Program-made: the position numbers and the translations under genes
Notes under the pieces: model-generated
Told to the model about the DNA's origin: nothing
Database searches by the model: none
What the model saw: only the letters and a program-made list of their open reading frames with translations
Shown here: piece by piece, positions 56,157 through 64,000 of the stretch
How positions within the stretch are numbered: position 1 is the stretch's first letter
Layout: every line of letters begins with the position of its first letter
DNA from: Chrysomallon squamiferum
Lineage: Eukaryota; Animalia; Mollusca
Length of the DNA: 64,000 bases
Reading direction: 5' to 3'
NCBI GenBank assembly: GCA_012295275.1
Contig: CM022679.1
Span: forward strand, 14,756,001 to 14,820,000

Positions 56157-56187
<31 letters not shown>

Positions 56188-56338
56188 TGATAATAATAAT
56201 AATATTTTAAAATAGCATTTATCAAAACCATTTGAAAAGAAAAATCTTACACTATCAACTTAACTATAACTTATTAGGCATACTTTCTTCAGTTATCTAA
56301 AGCATATTTTCTTGGGTTAAACATCATCATCGTCGTCG

Positions 56339-56369
<31 letters not shown>

Positions 56370-56579
56370 TCATTTATTCATAAATCTTTCCCACATATTA
56401 TCTCTCCTCATTTATTTATATCATCATTACACAATATTTTTGGAAAATACATATTTATATATTTATCCTAAGTTTAGAATAATTTAAATACAAATTTTAA
56501 AATGCAGGCTATACATTTCCCAGTATGGGTTCAAACATCACTATTAGTTATCTAAATGTCGATTTCTCAGTATTATTAA

Positions 56580-56673
<94 letters not shown>

Positions 56674-56819
56674 GCAAACACAAAACCTCTTCATTTTAAA
56701 TAGTTAACTTATTGTTATTTACTTACTTCTTCATTTTATTTATTGATAATTTTACTGTTAGCAGCTTCATTAATTTTTTATTTGATTATTAATTAATTAA
56801 GTTATTTATTTATTATTAC

Positions 56820-56850
<31 letters not shown>

Positions 56851-57049
56851 TAAAATTATATTTTATTCATTCACCTATGTTCAATTTATTAATTTAAATT
56901 ATTTATTTATAATTATTACCTTTAATATTTATTTTATTTTTAACTTATTTGTTTGGTATTTTTTGTTCTTTATTTCTCTCTTTGTGCTGTATTTATTTCA
57001 TTTATATTTATCTTATTGCATTTCGTTTCATTATATCCTGTTTTACTTT

Positions 57050-57420
57050 ATTCATGGATCCTTTCGGATTTCATTGTTGGGATTTACATGTTTCAAGTTT
57101 GAATTACACTTTTTATTTTATGTTCTGTACCTTTGGTGAACAGTCCCCCAGAACTCATTTTTCAAGTAACAAGTTCCGTATTATCCACTCTTTAGGTGGG
57201 GGTGTCATCACTCACCAGGTGACTCACTGTCGCTGCATTCAAGGTACAGACCGAATTTTCAAGGAGAGTTGGGGGAGGGGGCGGTGAAGAATAATAGACG
57301 GCTGTCTGTCCTGCCAAATTTGAGTGTCCCGTTCAAATTTCTGAAAACCTCCACATTCCAAAACAAGTTGAAAATTTTGGCGTATGGAGGTTATAAAGAC
57401 CCATCCCGGCTTCTCGAAAT
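57050..57420. ncRNA. Candidate structured non-coding RNA core of the 2.69-kb repeat (also ~59740-60110 and ~62440-62805); family not recognised
   Basis: Nested complementarity: 57124-57133 with 57241-57250, 57134-57139 with 57212-57217, 57145-57150 with 57197-57202. Hairpins at 57316-57340 and 57346-57392. ATCC-GAAA-GGAT (minus) at ~57057-57068. Lies next to a TATA/CRE/E2F cluster. Confidence 0.3.
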
Positions 57421-57490
57421 TGACGTCAACTCTTTGGCGCGGTTTATATACCCAGCGAACGCGGACGTCAGTGAAAACACACCTATAAAA
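57421..57490. promoter_or_regulatory. Promoter-like motif cluster in each 2.69-kb unit
   Basis: CRE TGACGTCA 57421-57428, E2F-type TTTGGCGCG 57433-57441, TATATAAA (minus) 57443-57450, second CRE-like GGACGTCA 57463-57470, TATAAAA (plus) 57484-57490. All are retained in the three copies. Confidence 0.45.
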
Positions 57491-58781
57491 ACAAGTGGAC
57501 TTGTCAAAATGGATGGAATTGTGTTTTTCACTTCGAAATGTTTTCGTTTTAAACTCGCCTGCCTTCATATAACTCTGTGACCTATGTGTCTCTCTATTTA
57601 TATATCATTCTGTGTTCTATATCACTATAATTTGTCGATATATTGTTAAAACGTTTTTGACACGGACTAAAAAACGATGAGAAAGAAGCGTAATCTATAA
57701 CTGAGTTCATCTTAAAAATACAATTAAAAATATATAAGTAGCACTTGACGCCTTTTTAAAATGTTTTTAAAAGTACTAATGTATACATATTATGAAATAG
57801 AAATGATTGTTTTGTATAAATTAATTTTACGAACGCAAACAAACTAAACAAAGCGCACACCAGCACAGCCATTGTAATAACATATAACAGCCATATATAC
57901 AGTTTTCAGTTGCATTACACTAGTCAGTATGTGACGTAAACATACAAATATCTAAAATAGTTACGCTTTCTTTACTATGCACAGTCTACTCCTATTTCTA
58001 CAAATAATTAATAGATAAAAAAATACTAAAATAAAAATACCTAACTGGCTAGATCCTGACATATATTGGTCCACATTTTCTTGCTTTTGCTGCTTTTATT
58101 TTTTCTTCTTAATTGTAAACAAAATAAAGTTATACAAATGTTAATCTAGTAATAAAAATAAGTTTATCAGCGTCTGACGTAAAACTACGAAAATATACAC
58201 AAGCGCTACGCTTTCTTAACCGTTGACAGTCTACTTCCGTTTCTATAAATAAATAATAGTTGAACGAAATAAATAAATAAATAGAAACAATAACACAGCT
58301 CCTAGAAATTGAAATAAATTTTCTCAAGTCTTCTGCCATTTTTTTTTTCTTTGATTTTGTAATAAAATCATACTGTTCAATTAAAACTGGTTAAAAATCA
58401 GTTTTCGAAATATGTTCAAGAAATTATTCACAAGAGTTACCCTTCCTTGTTTCTATAAATAAATATTACATTTTAATAATAAACAAATTTAAATATGTAA
58501 CAATAATAATATGAAAATATAGTTGCATTTTACTAAGGAAACGGTCACAGAAAATTAATAAATAAATCCACCCCAAAAAAAAAAAAAAACAAAATACAAC
58601 AACAAAAAAACAACGTATAAACTACAATATAAAATAGAACTTCATAATAATACTAATATAATATAGCATAAAACAAACATTCAAATATATAAATAACTAA
58701 ATAAATAAATGAAAAGTCCGAAGATATATATTTTAAAATTAGCTCGCCGAAACAAGACATTTATTTACTTATTAGTTCTCT

Positions 58782-58815
<34 letters not shown>

Positions 58816-58823
58816 AATAAAAT

Positions 58824-58865
<42 letters not shown>

Positions 58866-61503
58866 TCTTATTTTTCTTTCTTTTATTCTTTCATTATTTC
58901 TTCTTCTTCTTCTTGTTATTGTTGTTATTGTTGTTGTTATTATTTCATTTTTGTTGATGTTTTTTTTTTTTTTCTCATTGTTTTGTTATTGATACTTTTT
59001 GTTCAACAAATATAGTAGTTTAATACTGTTAGTATGATACAACTGTTCATTTAGTCACTAGAATTAACTAAATCTATTCCGAAACGTAAAAACAGTTATT
59101 ATTAATACAGGATGGGCTTATTGAAAGACATACTTATTTCAGATTTTTGGTTTTCTTCCTCCGCTAATGTCTGATTACAGAAACTGATATAGAAGTGTAA
59201 TTCTTGTGAATATTGATACATCTCTACGTCACGTGGTGATTTTAACAAGAAAACAGATTATGTCATGGAAACACACACTTCTTTGTTTCCTTTATTTATT
59301 CAAAAATTGTTTAATTTATTCGTTTCATTTTACAATTTATTTATTTATTAATTTTGTTGATTTATTTATTTTATTCTTTTAATACTTTTTTATTGACTTA
59401 CTTATACTGTTTAATCACTTAGTTTTATTTACTTATAATTATCTTTGATGTTTATTTTCATTTTGAATTATTTATTTATATTTTATTTATTTATATAAAT
59501 ATTACTTAATTTTTAATTATTTTTTTATTACTAATATTTATCTATTTGTTTGTTTGATTCTTTCTTTTTTTTACTGATGTTGTATTTATTTCATTTAATT
59601 TATATTTATTTTATTTATATTATATTTATATTTATATTTATATTTATTTTATTTTATTTTATTTATTTTATTGTATTTACTTTATTTTATTTTATTTTAT
59701 TTTATTTTATTTTATTTCATTTCATTTATTTTACATTTTATTCATGGATCCTTTCGGATTTCATTGTTGGGATTTACATGTTTCAAGTTTGAATTACACT
59801 TTTTATTTTATGTTCTGTACCTTTGGTGAACAGTCCCCCAGAACTCATTTTTCAAGTAACAAGTTCCGTATTATCCACTCTTTAGGTGGGGGTGTCATCA
59901 CTCACCAGGTGACTCACTGTCGCTGCATTCAAGGTACAGACCGAATTTTCAAGGAGAGTTGGGGGAGGGGGCGGTGAAGAATAATAGACGGCTGTCTGTC
60001 CTGCCAAATTTGAGTGTCCCGTTCAAATTTCTGAAAACCTCCACATTCCAAAACAAGTTGAAAATTTTGGCGTATGGAGGTTATAAAGACCCATCCCGGC
60101 TTCTCGAAATTGACGTCAACTCTTTGGCGCGGTTTATATACCCAGCGAACGCGGACGTCAATGGAAACACACCTATAAAAACAAGTGGACTTGTCAAAAT
60201 GGATGGAATTGTGTTTTTCACTTCGAAATGTTTTCCTTTTAAACTCGCCTGCCTTCATATTACTCTGTGACCTATGTGTCTCTCTATTTATATATCATTC
60301 TGTGTTCTATATCACTATAATTTGTCGATATATTGTTAAAACGTTTTTGACACGGACTAAAAAACGATGAGAAAGAAGCGTAATCTATAACTGAGTTCAT
60401 CTTCAAAATACAATTCAAAATATATAAGTAGCACTTGACGCCTTTTTAAAATGTTTTTAAAATTACTAAAGTATACATATTATGAAATAGAAATAATTGA
60501 TTTGTATAAATTAATTTTATGAACGCAAACAAACTAAACAATGCGCACACCAGCACAGCCATTGTAATAACATATAACAGCCATATATACAGTTTTCAGT
60601 TGCATTACACTAGTCAGTATGTGACGTAAACATACAAATATCTAAAATAGTTACGCTTTCTTTACTATGCACAGTCTACTCCTATTTCTACAAATAATTA
60701 ATAGTTAAAAAAATACTAAAATAAAAATACCTAACTGGCTAGATCCTGACATATATTGGTCCACATTTTCTTGCTTTTGCTGCTTTTATTTTTTCTTCTT
60801 AATTGTAAACAAAATAAAGTTATACAAATGTTAATCTAGTAATAAAAATAAGTTTATCAGCGTCTGACGTAAAACTACGAAAATATACACAAGCGCTACG
60901 CTTTCTTAACCGTTGACAGTCTACTTCCGTTTCTATAAATAAATAATAGTTGAACGAAATAAATAAATAAATAGAAACAATAACACAGCTCCTAGAAATT
61001 GAAATAAATTTTCTCAAGTCTTCTGCCATTTTTTTTTCTTTGATTTTGTAATAAAATAATACTGTACAATTAAAACTGGTTAAAAATCAGTTTTCGAAAT
61101 ACTGTTCAAGAATTATTCACAAGAGTTACCCTTCTTTGTTTCTATAAATAAATATTACATTTTAATAATAAACAAATTTAAATATGTAACAATAATAATA
61201 TGAAAATATAGTTGCATTTTACTAAGGAAACGGTCACAGAAAATTAATAAATAAATCCACCTTCACAAAAAAACAAACAAAACAACAACAACAAAAAAAC
61301 AACGTATAAACTACAATATAAAATAGAACTTCATAATAATACTAATATAATATAGCATAAAACAAACATTCAAATATATAAATAACTAAATAAATAAATG
61401 AAAAGTCCGAAGATATATATTTTAAAATTAGCTCGCCGTAACAAGACATTTATTTACTTATTAGTTCTTTTTTTTTCTTCTTTTTATTTTTTTTAAATAA
61501 AAT

Positions 61504-61566
<63 letters not shown>

Positions 61567-64000
61567 TCTTATTTTTCTTTCTTTTATTCTTTCATTATTT
61601 CTTCTTCTTCTTCTTGTTATTGTTGTTGTTGTTATTGTTGTTATTATTTCATTTTTGTTGATGTTTTTTTTTCATTGTTTTGTTATTGATACTTTTTATT
61701 CAACAAATATAGTAGTTTATATGATACTGTTAGTATGATACAACTGTTCATTTAGTCACTAGAATTAACTAAATCTATTCCGAAACGTAAAAACAGTTAT
61801 TATTAATACAGGATGGGCTTATTTAAAGACATACTTATTTCAGATTTTTGGTTTTCTTCCTCCGCTAATGTCTGATTACAGAAACTGATATAGAAGTGTA
61901 ATTCTTGTGAATATTGATACATCTCTACGTCACGTGGTGATTTTAACAAGAAAACAGATTATGTCATGGAAACACACACTTCTTTGTTTCCTTTATTTAT
62001 TCAAAAATTATTTAATTTATTCGTTTCATTTTACAATTTGTTTATTTATTTTGTTGATTTATTTATTTTATTCTTTTAATACTTTTTTTTATTTATTTAC
62101 TTATACTCTGTTTAATCACTTAGTTTTATTTACTTATAATTATCTTTGATGTTTATTTTCATTTTGAATTATTTATTTATATTTTATTTATTTATATAAA
62201 TATTACTTAATTTTTAATTATTTTTTTATTACTAATATTTATCTATTTGTTTGTTTGATTCTTTCTTTTTTTTACTGATGTTGTATTTATTTAATTTAAT
62301 TTATATTTATTTTTTTATTTATATTTATATTTATATTTATATTTATTTTATTTTATTTTATTTTATTTTGGGATTTATTGTATTTATTTTATTTTATTTT
62401 ATTTTTTTTATTTTATTTCATTTCATTTATTTTACATTTTATTCATGGATCCTTTCGGATTTCATTGTTGGGATTTACATGTTTCAAGTTTGGTGAACAT
62501 TTTATGTTCTGTACCTTTGGTGAACAGTCCCCCAGAACTCATTTTTCAAGTAACAAGTTCCGTATTATCCACTCTTTAGGTGGGGGTGTCATCACTCACC
62601 AGGTGACTCACTGTCGCTGCATTCAAGGTACAGACCGAATTTTCAAGGAGAGTTGGGGGAGGGGGCGGTGAAGAATAATAGACGGCTGTCTGTCCTGCCA
62701 AATTTGAGTGTCCCGTTCAAATTTCTGAAAACCTCCACATTCCAAAACAAGTTGAAAATTTTGGCGTATGGAGGTTATAAAGACCCATCCCGGCTTCTCG
62801 AAATTGACGTCAACTCTTTGGCGCGGTTTATATACCCAGCGAACGCGGACGTCAATGAAAACACACCTATAAAAACAAGTGGACTTGTCAAAATGGATGG
62901 AATTGTGTTTTTCACTTCGAAATGTTTTCGTTTTAAACTCGCCTGCCTTCATATAACTCTGTGACCTATGTGTCTCTCTATTTATATATCATTCTGTGTT
63001 CTATATCACTATAATTTGTCGATATATTGTTAACACGTTTTTAACACGGACTAAAAAACGATGAGAAAGAAGCGTAATCTATAACTGAGTTCATCTTAAA
63101 AATACAATTAAAAATATATAAGTAGCACTTGACGCCTTTTTAAAATGTTTTTAAAAGTTACTAAAGTATACATATTATGAAATAGAAATAATTGTTTTGT
63201 ATAAATTAATTTTATGAACGCAAACAAACTAAACAATGCGCACACCAGCACAGCCATTGTAATAACATATAACAGCCATATATACAGTTTTCAGTTGCAT
63301 TACACTAGTCAGTATGTGACGTAAACATACAAATATCTAAAATAGTTACGCTTTCTTTACTATGCACAGTCTACTCCTATTTCTACAAATAATTAATAGT
63401 TAAAAAAATACTAAAATAAAAATACCTAACTGGCTAGATCCTGACATATATTGGTCCACATTTTCTTGCTTTTGCTGCTTTTATTTTTTCTTCTTAATTG
63501 TAAACAAAATAAAGTTATACAAATGTTAATCTAGTAATAAAAATAAGTTTATCAGCGTCTGACGTAAAACTACGAAAATATACACAAGCGCTACGCTTTC
63601 TTAACCGTTGACAGTCTACTTCCGTTTCTATAAATAAATAATAGTTGAACGAAATAAATAAATAGAAACATTAACACAGCTCCTAAAAATTGAAATAAAT
63701 TTTCTCAAGTCTTCTGCCATTTTTTTTTTCTTTGATTTTGTAATAAAATCATACTGTTCAATTAAAACTGGTTAAAAATCAGTTTTCGACATATGTTCAA
63801 GAAATATTCACAAGAGTTACCCTTCCTTGTTTCTATAAATAAATATTACATTTTAATAATAAACAAATTTAAATATGTAACAATAATAATATGAAAATAT
63901 TGTTGCATTTTACTAAGGAAACGGTCACAGAAAATTAATAAATAAATCCCCCCTCACAAACACAAAAACAACAAAATACAACAACAAAAAAACAACGTAT

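Larger units (their letters stand above)
57049..64000. repeat. Tandem array of ~2.69-kb units (at least 2.6 copies, extends right of window)
   Basis: Anchor AAGGTACAGACCGAATTTTCAAGG at 57241, 59931, 62625 (spacings 2690, 2694). Copies are near-identical apart from microsatellite and homopolymer length changes. Confidence 0.96.

Noticed and set aside
57340-57400. miR-1-like TGGAATGT in the 3' arm of a hairpin (minus strand)
   Set aside because: Only 8 nt match, the rest differs from miR-1, and the stem is short and imperfect. Not callable without small-RNA data.
57050-57450. Telomerase RNA, spliceosomal snRNA, U3, RNase P/MRP, 5S or SL RNA identity for the repeat core
   Set aside because: No CTAACCCT template and no recognisable U1/U2/U4/U5/U6/U3/5S signature. 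GAACAGTCCCC resembles the MRP P4 5' strand, but I found no matching 3' conserved region.
57239-57580. Overlapping 109-aa (-) and 103-aa (+) ORFs repeated in each 2.69-kb unit
   Set aside because: No recognisable domain. Their persistence is explained by near-identity of recent copies, and the + ORF starts at TTG.

Overview
This is AT-rich, microsatellite-dense eukaryotic DNA from an invertebrate, most likely a mollusc or other lophotrochozoan (inferred from gene content and style, not proven). Recognisable genes are two tandem 3-exon core-2/I-branching beta-1,6-GlcNAc transferase paralogues (GT14, GCNT-like; 24.2-31.9 kb, +) and a complete 7-coding-exon GHITM/MICS1 gene (50.9-55.0 kb, -). There is also an intronless Cys-rich secreted or GPI-type protein with a stanniocalcin-like domain (40.0-41.3 kb, +), two uncharacterised single-coding-exon ORFs (159 aa and 918 aa, -) and a decayed Tc1/mariner element. 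The main hidden signal is in the first 10 kb. What looks like satellite DNA (~1.15-kb and ~1.45-kb tandem units) is, on the minus strand, an array of 16 symmetric phase-1 microexons (48-63 nt, canonical AG/GT) that the ORF track misses. They splice without a stop codon onto two upstream exons encoding MGAFLSAAMELVLNLGYYLLG. The predicted protein has an acidic repeat block followed by at least 10 repeats carrying a RHIM-like QIGDNY motif, and it runs off the left edge of the window. The last 7 kb is a ~2.69-kb tandem array whose GC-richer core has several nested hairpins next to a CRE/E2F/TATA cluster, a candidate multicopy structured ncRNA.
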